From positions 3,596,001-3,660,000 of the forward strand of contig CM106586.1 of assembly GCA_048013815.1 (NCBI GenBank): a stretch of DNA of 64,000 bases, written 5' to 3'. The notes under the pieces are model-generated. The model saw only the letters and a program-made list of their open reading frames with translations, made no database searches and was not told the DNA's origin. Source of the stretch: Setoptus koraiensis. Its lineage: Eukaryota > Animalia > Arthropoda. This document shows, in pieces, positions 34,201 through 47,500 of the stretch. How positions within the stretch are numbered: position 1 is the stretch's first letter; every line of letters begins with the position of its first letter. The translations under genes and the position numbers were made by a program.

Positions 34201-37200
34201 TGACGCCAGTCGCCAATCGCCGCCGGTCGCTGCTCGGTGGGCCGCTCAGCAGCCGGGCGGCCCCCAGCGACACCGAGCCACTTTGCGCCGGATAAATTTG
34301 CGCTGGCCAGATACAAAGGGGCCAGACAATGAGCGCCAGCAGCCAGCTAATGAGATTGTCGCCAAAATAAGACATTATCTGTGCGCGCGAGCCATAGGTT
34401 TGACTGTTTCTGGATGATGGTGCCGATAGGGTAATCCAAGACTATCTGTTAGGCTGTCCGATTTAGAAATAAGATTTGCGCACACAACGACAAACACCAG
34501 ACAGCAAGCCAGCCGAAGAGCAAAAAGAAAATCCCCCTTTTCCGCTTGGCTCGTTCGCGTTGTTGTCGGCCCATTGTTATCTCATTAACGGGCGCCCTCA
34601 CTTCGCAATTGGCACTACCACTGAACCACTAGTCGACGCTAGGCGGCCCCATCGCGCGCGCGCGCCACCTAGCGCCCGGCGACCTCGGGTGGGGGCGTGC
34701 CGGGGGCGACAAAGAACCGGTTTGTGGCTGCGACAAGCGCACGTCGTTGTCAGCTCGCACTCTCGTCGGCCCGTTTGGGGCGCAGACAAAGGGGCCAATG
34801 GTTAACCAGTTGAGAATGATTTATATTGTATTATAATTTTGGGCGCCATTGTCGTGCGCTGGCGCCCGATTGGCCCAATTTAACGCTGTCCCGGCGGACA
34901 AGCCGGCCCACCGGTCGGTACAGCGGGCATGGGCCGGGTAACCGCGCTGCACTGTCGACTCAAGAGCGCCAACTGCGCCGATTGCGACAATTGCGACAAA
35001 TGCGACAAATGCGACGAACGCGATAAATGCGCCGATTGCGACAATTGCGACAGATACGGCGAACAGGGCGAATAAGGCGAATACGGCGAATGCGCCAAAC
35101 GCGAGTGAAGCGACCGACGCGATCGGGCAATCAGTACCGGGTATTTCAAGGGTGCCGAGCGGGCTCCCGGGGCTCGATTTATCACTGGCGCGCCGGGGTG
35201 ACGCGGATAGAGATGAATTAAGATGACACAATCACACTGGCTGGTCGCTGGCGCCCGAGTGCGCCGAGAAAAATGATCATCGCCATCCATTTGATGCTAA
35301 TCTTTTGTCGCTTAAATCCTCCAAATAAAACCGACCAAATCACAGCTAAATCATTGCGAGAATGCGGGCCTCTGTTTCAGTGGCGTTGTTGTTGTTGTCG
35401 TTGTCACATCCAATTGGCTATCGGCTCTGTTTGTGATTGCCTATTGCGCAACAGCGGCAGCCACGAAAACAACAACAAACAGCAAACACAAGTGCCCTTC
35501 GAGTGGGCACCGCCGCTCGCCCGAGTGCTGGAAATTATGCCCTGTGCACTGTGGCAGTTCTTGCACACTTCTCGGGGGCCCCGTCGTTGCGTCGCTGTGT
35601 CTGTGTCGCCCGTTGCGACAGGAAGCGGCCACTGGTTTGTGTGCTCGAGGCTGGCTGGCGGCGTTATCATTATCGGCTGGTATCATCTCGCTCAGCATCG
35701 AGTGAGCGTTTAGAGGCGTTCATTCAGAGCGTTCGCCCGTTGTCGCGGGGCCCCAAATGCCGCGAATATACCGCGATATAATGCACTGAACGCTGAGATT
35801 GGGCCCGGCGATAAGTGGCGACAAGCGTCGGAGACGCCGACGGCGCGAGCGAGAGCAGAGGCGACAGCAGAGGGCACAGCAGAGGCGACAGCAAAAGCGA
35901 CAGCAAAAAGCGCCGACCCGAGATGCATGAAATGGGGGCATCATTAGCGGCCCGGCGAATATGCTCGCCCCCTGCTCGTGTGTGATGAATCGCCGGCGAA
36001 TAGGTGAACAGTTGAGGAGCCAAGACGCACATTGCGAGCGCGAGAGCGGGGGAGCGAGCGCGAGAGCGCGAGGGAGAAGAAGTGAAAAAGTGAAAAAGGA
36101 GGCCAACGAGCTGATTGGACCGATGGGCTCGCGATGATGGTGGCGCAGATAAGCGTCGTCTCACCGGCTGACAGCGAGCCGTTGCCCGACGACGAGCCCC
36201 CCCCCCTCTCAATGCGCGACAATGGCTGGCGTGAGCCTCGTCCTCGGCACTCGCTGGCTGACATTTTAATAGAGATCCCTGTCGGTGATATTAAACTGTC
36301 GGCGATGTTTGCCGATGTCGACCATCGTCGAGTGCTGGCAGCGTTTTGCATAGCGGCACCAGGCATGCTCAAAATACCCAGTGCCCAGCGTTGTGTCAAT
36401 GCGGGCCGCCGAGAGATAACGGCCGGTATGTAAATACGGGCCGCAGTGAGTAGTGTGCTAAAAGTGTGCGAATGGGATGGCACGGGAGATAAGGCGCCAC
36501 TCGATCGGAGAACGGTCGTCGGCAAGCCGTTGTGTGGCGCTGCCGAAGGTGGCCAAAAAACGGACTGCAAACAGCGGATAAGCCTCGCGAGTCGGGCCGA
36601 CGTTTCGTCGGCAGTTGGAACGGGCCGAGTTGGCGTCGGAGTTGGCGTCTGAGTGCGCGTCTGAGTTCGCGTCGGAGCCCCAGCGCCGAGTCGGAGCAAG
36701 TGATTGATATTTGCTGTAAACTGCAGCATGCGAGCGCCAATCAACGTCATAGTTGGCCAGCCGACAGTTCGCAGTGTGTTTGTTCTTTGTTTGTTTTCGC
36801 TTCATTTGTCGCGCAAATGAGCGAGAGAACGCGAAAGAAGCGCCACAGAAGATGGATATATTATCGGTTTAGCAGGGCCCGAAGCGGGCACTGAGCAATG
36901 TGGGTCTTCCATTCATGGGTCGCGCTTCCAGCGGTCGCAGTGGCCGAAGCCGCCGCCGTTGCGATTGGAATGCGCCCATCACGTGAAGTTGCTGTTGTTG
37001 TTGCTGTTCGTTGTTGTCGTTTGTTGTTGTTGTTAGTTGCTGTCGTTTGTTGTTGTTGTTAGTTGCTGTTGTTGCCAGTTGTTGGTGTCGGTTGTTGCTG
37101 TTGCTGTCGTCGGTTGTTGCTGCTGTCAGCTGGAGCTGGCCCCTAATTTGGCGGCGGCCCCGTCGCAATCGTTCGTTTGCAACAAATCGTGCCTGTCCCG

Positions 37201-40200
37201 CTGCAAGCAAGCACGCCAACGCCAGTGACGTATCAATTTAATGGACACATGTCACTGTTGCTCGTTGCGGTCAAATGTGATTCGCCAAAATCAAACGGCA
37301 ACCAACGTGGGAACTGTCCGAGCCGGCCCGTCCGATGGCCGCTCGCTGTCGGCCGGCCGAACTCCGGCCAACTGACCGTCCCGTGTGACACTGGCAGTAT
37401 CATACTGCGGCCCCGCAAAGTTTGCGCCGGCAGCCCGACCGGCCCACAGCCCAAACCGGACGTGAGCTAGCGCGATATTGGCATATCTGCTGATCATGTG
37501 CGCATCACACACAATGTAATATCGCCCTGTTGACACTTGTCGTGACACTTGTTCTGGCTGTCTTTTGGCGCTTATGGGCCGCTATCGGGCCGCTTTCGGT
37601 TTGATTTAGGCCTGATTTAGGCCTGATTTGGGCCGCTCTTGCTTGCGCCTGCCGCTAGGCCGAACACAACGCGAGCACGACGCGCCAGAGAGATTGTTGT
37701 CATTGTTGTTCTCACAACAATGACAACAATATCTCAACAACAGGTCAGCCAATAACTGTCACTCTTTGTTGCCATTTGACTGCCGGCGTCGGGCATTGTT
37801 GTCGATTGCGCAATACTTACAAAATGTAATAACGGTGTCACACGATGCTCAAATGCGCCCAGTACGACGAGCGACACACGAGCGACACCTTTCGGCGTTG
37901 CTGTCGCTGTCGAGCTCGCTGGTGAGTCCCAAGTTGTGACTCACAAGCGCTTGTGACAAACGGTTTGACAGACCGTCTGACAGGGCACAACAATATTGCG
38001 CAACAACGACACATTGATACGTCACTGGGCGCCATTGACGCGATTTGCGAGCGCTGTGAGCTTCACAGTGTGAGAGCGATGATAAGTGACGCGCGCCCCC
38101 AAATCTCGTCGAAACGCGCGTTGTGTCGCAATCTGGCGAGCTGCATTGCGAAACGGTGCCGGCAGAGAAATTGCCAGTTGCGCAAATGGCCACTGCAAGC
38201 CGCCGGCCGCCGACTGCCCACCGCTGGCTGCCGACTGCTGGCTGCCGAATGGCGGCGAGACAGCGACGGCAAGTGTGCAATTATCTCTAAAACGAGCCGT
38301 CATAATGGGTGCCGAAGCCGTTCGAGCGGCTCGTTTCTGGCTGTCGGTTTGTTTGTCCGACAGCCAGCTGAGCGGATATTTGCTACGTTGCTGTTTGCTT
38401 ATTTGCGACTCGTTTGCGACTTGCGCGCATTCACGCCATTCGCAGCTTGCCGTTCGCCGGGCGCGCTGACCCTCACCTGGCTCGTAACGGCTCGCACTGA
38501 ATGACACTCGATGATATCTGTCAGATTGCGCAAACAACATCATTGGCACCGCACGCGAATATCAATTTCAACCTGTCGACTCGACTCGACACACAACAGC
38601 AACAGCAACTCGACTCGACACATAACAGCAACAACAGCGGCTCGGCTCGCAATAATATACCTGTAACGGGTTGTCGTTGGCGTGATGGCGTCGTTGTCGC
38701 TGTTGTTGTGATATGTATATTATGCAAACGAGATTGCGCTCGTTCGCAGTGGCCGGCCCGGCTCGCGCTCGCCATATCGAGCTGCCATGGCATCGGGCAG
38801 CCGTGATATCGGGCTGCCAGAAACGGGCCACTGGCGAGCCGACCGTGCACGGCCGACAAAGCTATCATCATGCAAATGACCTTCCACTCTCATCTAATTT
38901 ATCGATTGATCGAAGCCCTTGTTTCGGCCGCCGTTTTTTAATCTGCGCCCGGCCGACAACTGTGCCGACTCGCTGCAGCTCCGACGACTCGTTGCAACTC
39001 CGACGATTCGTTGGCCAGCGAGTTGGCCACAGTTTTGCGAACAGCTTCGCGAACAGTTACACCGACAGTCGCACTGACGGTTGGGCCAACGGTTGCGCAA
39101 CAGCGACAGGGCGAGAGTTTGTTTGGACAGCCGATAGGGCCAATGATGCAGCCGCGACGACGCCAACTGTTCGCTTGTGAACGGCGCTGGCCAGCTAAAT
39201 TGTCTGGCCAGATCAATTGTGTAGCCATCGGCACGTTGCTCGCCATTGATTGAATTGCGCTCGAATATCGGCCAATTGTGCGAATCGGCAACAACAACAA
39301 CAACAACGACAGCTCACAGCTTGCCGTTGTCGGCGGTCGCTCGTCGACGGCGCAACAGCAGCAACAGCAACAACACCAACACCAACAGCTGCAATAATAA
39401 CAGCAACAACAACAGCGACAGAGAAACTGGAGCAACAATTGATCGAGACGCTCGCGCGAAATCGAAGGCACCGACGCTGTGTCGGCGATACGGCGAATTG
39501 GCCAACAACAACAGTGCGAACAATACGATTCGAAGCGGCGGGCCGGCCGAATCGCGACCGTCGCCGGCGCGCAATCCAGCCACCGCTCGGCCGGCCGGTA
39601 TTCAAATGAGCGTGGGCTCGCGCAAGAATAAATGAACTTGAATTAACAGCCCGCTGGCACGCACTGTGCCGCCCTTCGTGCCCCCGCCGCCACGAAGGGC
39701 GGCCGCTCGGGCCGCGACGGCCCGAGCGATTGGTGGGTCGCGATTCACGGCGCGATTCATGACTCACGAATCGCCCGAATGAGCCGGCCCGAACGGAGCG
39801 AGACGCGCCTGTCGTCGGGCATGCTGCCCGTGTTTGTCGTTTGTCGTTTTCGGTTCGCTCGCCGCACTGATTGATGGCTGCGTCAGCAGTGCCCGTCGAG
39901 GCGTCGTGTCATTGGAGCTGCCAATTTGGACAGCGCCGGCCACACCGAGGCGAACGCGACTCGCAGCGCCGGGCGAACTCGGCGCCGGCGCGAGCAAACT
40001 AATTAGTGATCCGAGATTTGATTAGATTGCGAGCGCTCGCAGCTCACATCTCGCAGCTCAGATATCGCGTCTCAGATTCTCGCAATTCTCGAACTCAACG
40101 TCAGAGCTCAAGCCCCAGAGCGCGGATCTCGGGTAATGTCGCGCCACGGCCAGCGCAAAACTGTATGCCGTCGGTGGGGGGCAGCCTCGACGCCGACGCT

Positions 40201-42230
40201 GCACGTGCTGTCACTGCCGAGCGTCGCCGCGACATTTGTTTAATTTTCGCTGGCCAATTTCGGCCGATTTCCACCGATTTCCACCGATTTCCACCGATTT
40301 CCACCGATTTGGCCCGATTTGGCCGATTGAGACATTGAGCGCGAGCGGTGGGAATGCGGCTCGTCACTGTCGCTCGTTACTGCATGAATTCCGTCACCGA
40401 CCGATGAGTGTCGCCAGTCGGCCGGCCAGTTCGCGGCCGCAATTAGCCCGCGCGCGAGCCCGCTGGCGCGATTGATTGTGGCCGTTCAGCCATTTGGCCA
40501 TTCTGCCATCTCAACCATTTGGCCATTTTAACCATTTGACCATTTTAACGATTTTAACCATTTTGGCCACTGGCGGCCACTGGCGTGCAGGTTGCCAGTG
40601 AGCGTCGGCCGATCGGGCGCTGCGATCTGTGCCACCAGATAAGACACAAGAGATAAGGGGCCAGTTTGACGGTTTGTGTCAATATCGCTGGCGCGATCGC
40701 TTATCGGCGCTATCTGTCCATCTGTTCCCGTTGGCCGCTCGCTGACCGACGCGCCCGGCGGCCCGCTAATGGCCGCTAATGCCACAAACAAACAATCCGG
40801 CCCGATTTGTAATTGGTCGCAGCGCGCACGGCATTGCTGCTCGCCGCTCATGCAACACATTCTAATAATAATTGCCAATATTCAATCGATGTGTCCCGCA
40901 ACTGACCACCGGCGCCCATTTGCATATTCATCATTCGTTTGTGTGTGTGTGTGTGTGTGTGTGGCCCTGGCGCTCGCAACTTGCGAGCTCGTTAGACTCT
41001 TGCGACTGGCGCTGACCTTGTTAGCGGGCCGGATGCGCGCGCGCTCGCCCCCGCAATTGCGCCCGCCGCGCCGCACAGCTCGCCGCGCCGCACAAATGGT
41101 CGCGAATCGCGATACCCGAGATGCAAAGTCAGACAAGTCGGCCAGTTTTGGCCAGTATCGGCCACTGTCGATATCGCTGGCCAAATCGGCCAACTGGCCA
41201 GACTGTGGCCACGCTCGAACGCTCGCGGCTCGCCGCTCGGCGCCACCGATTCGCGCTCGCCGTCCGATTGCAAACGGCGCTCAATTGCGCATCAGAGTGG
41301 ACACAATTTTACAGGAGTTGACACCCGGCGACATATCTCAATTGGCCGCAATCTCGGCCCGCGACAATCTCGGCCCGCGACAATCTCGGCCCGGTCGCGC
41401 TCACTAACGAGCGACCAGTGCCCACCAACGATCGACTAGCGCCGGCCCGACGCCGCATGCCAAAGCCGGCGAGCAACCTGTCGAACGGCCAATTGAGTTT
41501 AGCTGGCGCGCGAGTTCGCGTCGGACGCCGTTCGTGCGCAAAGTGACTGGCAGCTCGGCGGCAATTGTCCCGTGCACGTCGGTCCGGCGTTGCAACAATC
41601 GCCAAACTGTTGCCCGGATATCGGCCCGTGTGTCCCTGTTGAACGTTTAAACGTCGAGCCGCTCGGGTCACATGGCTTTTGGTTGACCAATCGTTGACAG
41701 GTTGGCGAGCGACGGCGAGCGACTGGACATTCGCGCAGAGATTTTTGCGGCTCACGAACGAAAGTGGCCAAGCGGCGTACGGAGTTGCGCAATACCCTAC
41801 CAACGCTTACCTTGTGAATGACCCGTGTGCCACTGGGGAACTGTCGAGAGGCGACTGTGGCGCCGCCGCTCGGACGGTTGGCCATCATTACTGAGCTGAT
41901 CGTTACTGAACTTATTAGCATTTGAACTTTGACTGGCGCCCGTTTCGGCGTGTTATAGGCATGCCATTGGTTTGTCATGATTATATAACTCGTAATATAA
42001 TTAACTCGCCTCCGCTCGCCCAAACAAGCGCATAACTAAATTACCAAATTACCTGTGTGTGCCATTTGGCGCCATTTGCAGCCATTGACTAACTCTCTCT
42101 CTCTCTATTTATTTCCCTATCGCCTGTATCTGATCGCCTGTATCTGATCGCCTGTGTTTGCTGGTGGAATGGTTAATTTGAATATCGGCAAATCATTGTG
42201 TGTCCAATGAATCGATGAATATCTAATTAG

Positions 42231-42570
42231 GCTCGCCAGCAGCAAGCGCAAAACAGCAACAGCAGCAAGAGCAGCAGCCGCAGGAGTCGCTTACGTCAGC
42301 GCAACAACAGCAACAACAACAACAACAAACCGACAGCAGCAAGACAATGGCAGCGACAAGTGGCGCCTCGCAACGCCAAAAGGCCAATTACGAGCCCATG
42401 TACGCTTGCGAGGAGAAACAATTGGAGATTAAGTGCCAAATTAATCAGTACATTCATCTGATTAGGGCCAATTACGGCCGCTTCTCCATCGCCATATGCA
42501 ACGAGCACGGCCAGTTGGACTGGATGACCAACTGCATGTCGCAGCAGAGCTTCGAAGCCATCAGCAACAG
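42231..42570 (+). CDS. Cirl: Latrophilin/Cirl exon: poly-Q linker plus first half of the rhamnose-binding (SUEL/Gal_lectin) domain
   Basis: [46 protein letters not shown] matches Cirl [32 protein letters not shown]. Donor AAC AG|gtgagt; acceptor ctaattag (the 5' edge is less certain). Confidence 0.9.
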
Positions 42571-43334
42571 GTGAGTACACACAGCTGACATATAACCGAA
42601 TAACACCAATTTGGCACTGCCAAACACCAAATGATAACAACTCAAGTTACACAATTGCCCGACCAGCGACATTTGACATTTGACACTCGACACTCGAATT
42701 GGTCGCGCCGAGCGTCCGGCTGCCGACAGCGGCTGCTCGGCTGCCCATATTACGCAATATGGATATGCGATATTGCGCAATATTGCGCAATTGCCGATCG
42801 GGCCACTGACAGCTGATTGTGAGCAGCCGGCGCTCGACGGCGGCTCCATCGCGGACACTGCAACCATCGATGCAGCCAACGACTGACCGCTCGGCCAGCA
42901 ATCAATCACTGCCTGTGCTGCTGTCAGCTGTGCTGTTGTCCACGCTGTTACAGGTGCCGTCACAGGTAGCCGGTGGCGAGACAAACAAAGAGTAAACAAA
43001 GTTGCTGCGAGCCAGTGAGAGAGATTGATTAGTGGCCGGCGCCAATTAGCGCAAATTATCCGAGCGCTGACCACTCAGGGCTCGCCAACTGTCCGCTCTC
43101 GCCGACTGGCCAGCCGCACAAACTGGCCGGCCGCACAAACTGGCCGGCGAGCTCGCCAGAGTCCGAGCCGGCGACTGAGCCGGCGACTGACACTGCGACG
43201 GCCAGAAACAAACAAACGGCCACCCACTCACAGTATGTATAAAACATTGCTCATTAGGCTGGCTCGTTCTCGTTATCATGCGGCCAGTTGTTGCGCTCCC
43301 TTTATCAGCGAGCCTCGCACTTGCCATCGATACA

Positions 43335-43444
43335 AACGGTCGACGCTATCAACGGTCGACGCTATCAATTGGTCGACGCTATCAACGGTCGACGCCATCA
43401 ACGGTCGACGCTATCAATTGGTCGACGCTATCAATTGGTCGACG
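43335..43444. repeat. 16/17-bp minisatellite AA(C/TT)GGTCGACGCTATC x7
   Basis: GGTCGACG cores at 43338, 43354, 43371, 43387, 43403, 43420 and 43437. Confidence 0.95.
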
Positions 43445-44537
43445 GTTATGTAAGCATCCCTTGACGGACATTTAAATATTTATCTGTGCACGCTGGCCGG
43501 CCAGTTATCGGCTGGCTATCGGCTGGCTATCGGCTCGCTGTCGGCTGGCTGTCGGCCGGCCAACGGCCGGCCATCAGGCCGCCATTAGCTGGCCAGTGTT
43601 GGCGTTGCTGGCCAATTTAAATGGATAATCGTGACTCTCTTCGCACACATCAATTCGATTGTGCGCTGCGTTCGAGAGCGATTCGCGCCGAATCGAGCGC
43701 TGAATTCGGCTGAATTCGCGCGCCCGATTCGCGTTGCATTGATCGCATGTGTTGCCTTGTGTTGCGGTGTCTGAGCAATTGCCCGACAAGAGATATCGCA
43801 ATCGGCCGAACAAGACAACATGAGCATTTGATTAATTGTTTGCATTGGCATTGGCCGCAACAGCTCACAATTAATTGCGCTCACTGCACTTGACCAGACC
43901 AACACCAGCACTCACTGTGCCGTTGCGCACACTTTGCCTGGTGGCACAGGTGAGCCAAGTTGCAAATTATCTCTCATTAGCCGGCGAGGTGATGATAATC
44001 GGCCCAATAACTAGCGATATCTCAAACGTGAGACCTATCAGACATGAGATATCTCAAAGCTCTGAGATTGCCAGCGATATTATAAATATTATCATGTCGA
44101 TTTATGCAGTGCAATAACACGTTATGATATACAGTGTTTATGATACAGTACAGTGTATAGGTGGCCGGTGTGGCGAGCCGATGACGCAGCATGATGATGC
44201 AACATGCTGCTGCTGTTACTGCGACTCAATTTAGATCGCGACACTTGATAATAGGATGATGTAATGGTTGCATCACACACACACACACACACACAGTTTG
44301 TGTAGGCTACTGGTCACTCGCAAGCTGGCTGCTGAATATTGCTGCCAAACAGCTGATGCCGCTAATAGATCAACAAGCCAAGATAAACAACAACAACAAC
44401 AACAACAATAAAACATACTGCTCACACACTGTATAAACAAACTGTAAAATGGCCAAAATTAGCCAGGCGGCCAACGTGACAGCAGGGTCAGCAGTTGCTG
44501 CTGACCCTGCTGGCGCCTCTCGTCATTTGGCCTGGCC

Positions 44538-44586
44538 ATCAGCTGACCACTGTGCCTGCTGATCGCCGGCACAGTGGTCAGCTGAT
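44538..44586. other. Perfect inverted repeat, 19-bp arms and 11-nt loop, in Cirl intron 2
   Basis: ATCAGCTGACCACTGTGCC-tgctgatcgcc-GGCACAGTGGTCAGCTGAT. Confidence 0.95.
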
Positions 44587-47500
44587 CGCACCTGACGCAA
44601 CTGTCATCTCGCACCGGCTGATCGGTGATCAGATCAGCATATGTGAGCGCTGTCGCATTGGCTGTCGCATTGGCTGTCACATTGGCTGTTATGGCCTGTT
44701 AATGCATCATGTATGATAACACTTGGCAAGACCAAGTATCGTATCATGTACAGCTGACCACTAGCTAATGGCCAGTGTCTAGTGTCAGCTGACGCTCATT
44801 GGTCAGCCGGTTGGTTACTTAATGCGGCGTGCGGTGACGGCTCGGCCACACAGCCGCCGTCATTATGTAATATCATGCGACATCGGCCGCATCGTCTTAC
44901 GTAACACACGATACTATAATATTACGCCGATTATAGACGGTGTGTTGTGTCATGCCGCATGCGTTGTCACAACAGCCGGTAATTGTTGTTGTTCCAACAG
45001 CAACAACAGCAACAACAGCAACAACAACGACAGCAACAACAACGACAACAACCACGACAAGCTTGCCGGCGACCAGCTGACGACGGCTGCGGCTTGAGAG
45101 TGGCCTCGTCGACACACAAGCGATCGGTTCACGCTCAGATTCACATTGTCGCTGTCACTTTTGGTTTGATCGGAGCCAGCTCTGCCGGAATACACACACT
45201 GTGTGTCGGAATGGGCACTCCGTTCAGCGGTGACCGGCGCCGAGCCGCTGCTCACCTTGACGGTCAAGGCTTGACCGTCGAGGCTCGCGCGTTCGACCGT
45301 GCGCACCGCCGAGCGGCGCCCTGTCCGCTGCGCCGCGACAATGTCGGACATTTGCGCATTCGTCGACATTTGCGCATTTGTCCACATTGGCGAGCCAAGT
45401 GTTTGGTTTGGCCAGTTGAACGGGCGGCCAGCGAGCGACACTTTTTGCCAAACTCCATTTATCGGCCAGCTAAACGGACCGATGGGCACGGCCAGATACG
45501 GCCAGATATGGATATGTGAGCAGCGTCATTTTACGCTCCACCGAGCGCCAGTTTGTTTATATTTGCAATGCTGTCCCGCTCCGTCCGGCCGGGCACGCCG
45601 AGCGACCGGGCTCCGGCCCGGCGCAAACGTCTCGCAATGTCACTGTCAGCTGTTGGCTTGCCGGCTTGGGCGGACGCGCTCGATCGGCCACTCGAAAGCT
45701 CGCGAATCGATGGTTGCACTTGCCGAGCTGCTCGTCGCAATCGGACGTTCGCCGTTCGAAGCCGCCGTTCGAAGCCGCCGTTCGAAGCAAGTTGCTCGAA
45801 GCGAGCACAACAAGTGCCCATTATCGCTGGCCCGTCGTATCGTACGACTCGTATGGCAGCTACATACAACTTATTAGGGCCTATTACGATTACGCAATAG
45901 TCAATTTGTCAATGATGCTCGCTTGAGATGCGGCTCATATGCGCGCCGCGACACCGCATATTTCTCACTGAACTCACATCTATCTCACTGAATCTAAATG
46001 TGACTGCACTGTGTGTCAGATCGCATTTGATATTCATCGCAGTTTCATACACATTTTCTCATTTCGGCATTTGCATCTCGTTCGTGTCTGATATGCAAAT
46101 CTTGTTGCACTTAGTGCGCAAACAGGCCAACAATCGGCCTGCCAGTCACAACTTATGACAGCTCGATTGACCAATCAAACTTTAATTGATGCCTCGCCAT
46201 TTTCGATCGCTTCATGATGCCTAGCACACTGTGTCCACTCGCCAATTGCCAATTGCCAATTGCGTCACACCAAATATCGGCCATCGCAACAACCAATGTG
46301 CTGCCAACGCCAGCAAATCGCGGCCAATCGCCCTACACACAATGAGACTGCGAGACGAGATGATTATAGCATTACGCAACCAGCTGTTGTGTGCGACGCA
46401 AGATCCGCAGCCCGAACAGCCGCCCGATGCCAGTGTCCGCTGCAAGGGGCGGCTCTGCTCCGGCGCGCCTCCGCTGCCCGTTGCACTGGCCCGCCGGAAC
46501 AGAGCCGGCCCGAGGATGCCCGGCCAGCCCGTGCTAGGCCAGCTCATGCTAGGCCGGCCCATTTCTAGGCCAGCCCGTGTTAGGCCAGCCCGTGTTCGGA
46601 CATGTCCGGTCGGACAACTCGTCCCAGACCAGGTAACTCCTGCCTGGCTGTTTGTTGACCGTTTGCCGAGCTTGTGTCGCTCGCCTGACAATGAGCCACA
46701 GCCTGAGCGTGGCCCAATTCGGCCTGATTCGGCCGCACTGGTCAGTTGCGGCGGCCACTAGTTATAGCTCGGCGACAACTGTTCTCAAGGGCAGGGGCGC
46801 AGCCAGTTGGAACGGGTCCCGCATTGCGAGCATGGCCCAACCATCGGCCCAACGATCGGCCAATCGCGCCCGCGACTCGCTGCAATTCTCTAGCCTCTGC
46901 CACTGGCTTCGTCCACTCGCCGAGATTGCTTCGCGCCAGCCGAGCCACTCCAATTGGAGCCATTGCGAGACGCACCATTCCAAGTGGACCGACCATTCCG
47001 ACTCAAGCCACGCTCGACGAACACTGGCGATATGCGCGAAATGGGCGAAATGGGCCAAATTGGCCAAATCGGCCGAATCGGCGCGGAATCGTTGCGCAAC
47101 TCGTGCACAGACTCGTCGCGGCCCGACGATTAAATGGCCAAATATTCACACACTTGCAAGTGACTTTTGAGCGGGGCCCCGCACGGTCACGCTTGGGCGA
47201 ACCTGGCGCCTTCTTGCCAATAAGTTCTCGGGGCGCCCTGTCTCGGCGAGGCTCGTTCTTGCTGCGGCCGGCGAGTCTCTCGAAGGCGAGCTCGTTTGAA
47301 ATCGCACGAGTCTGCCCAGTCAAGTGGCCCCATTCAATCAATGGCAAACGAGCGTGCCGAGCTTGCTCGCTTCGCGCGCACTGTGCGCAAACTCGTGCTC
47401 GGTGTGGCCTGGGCACAGTGGCCGGCTGGTGTGCGAGCCATCATACTGTATGATGCATGCACACACAACTGAATGGGACAGGCACAACTAATGGCAACTG

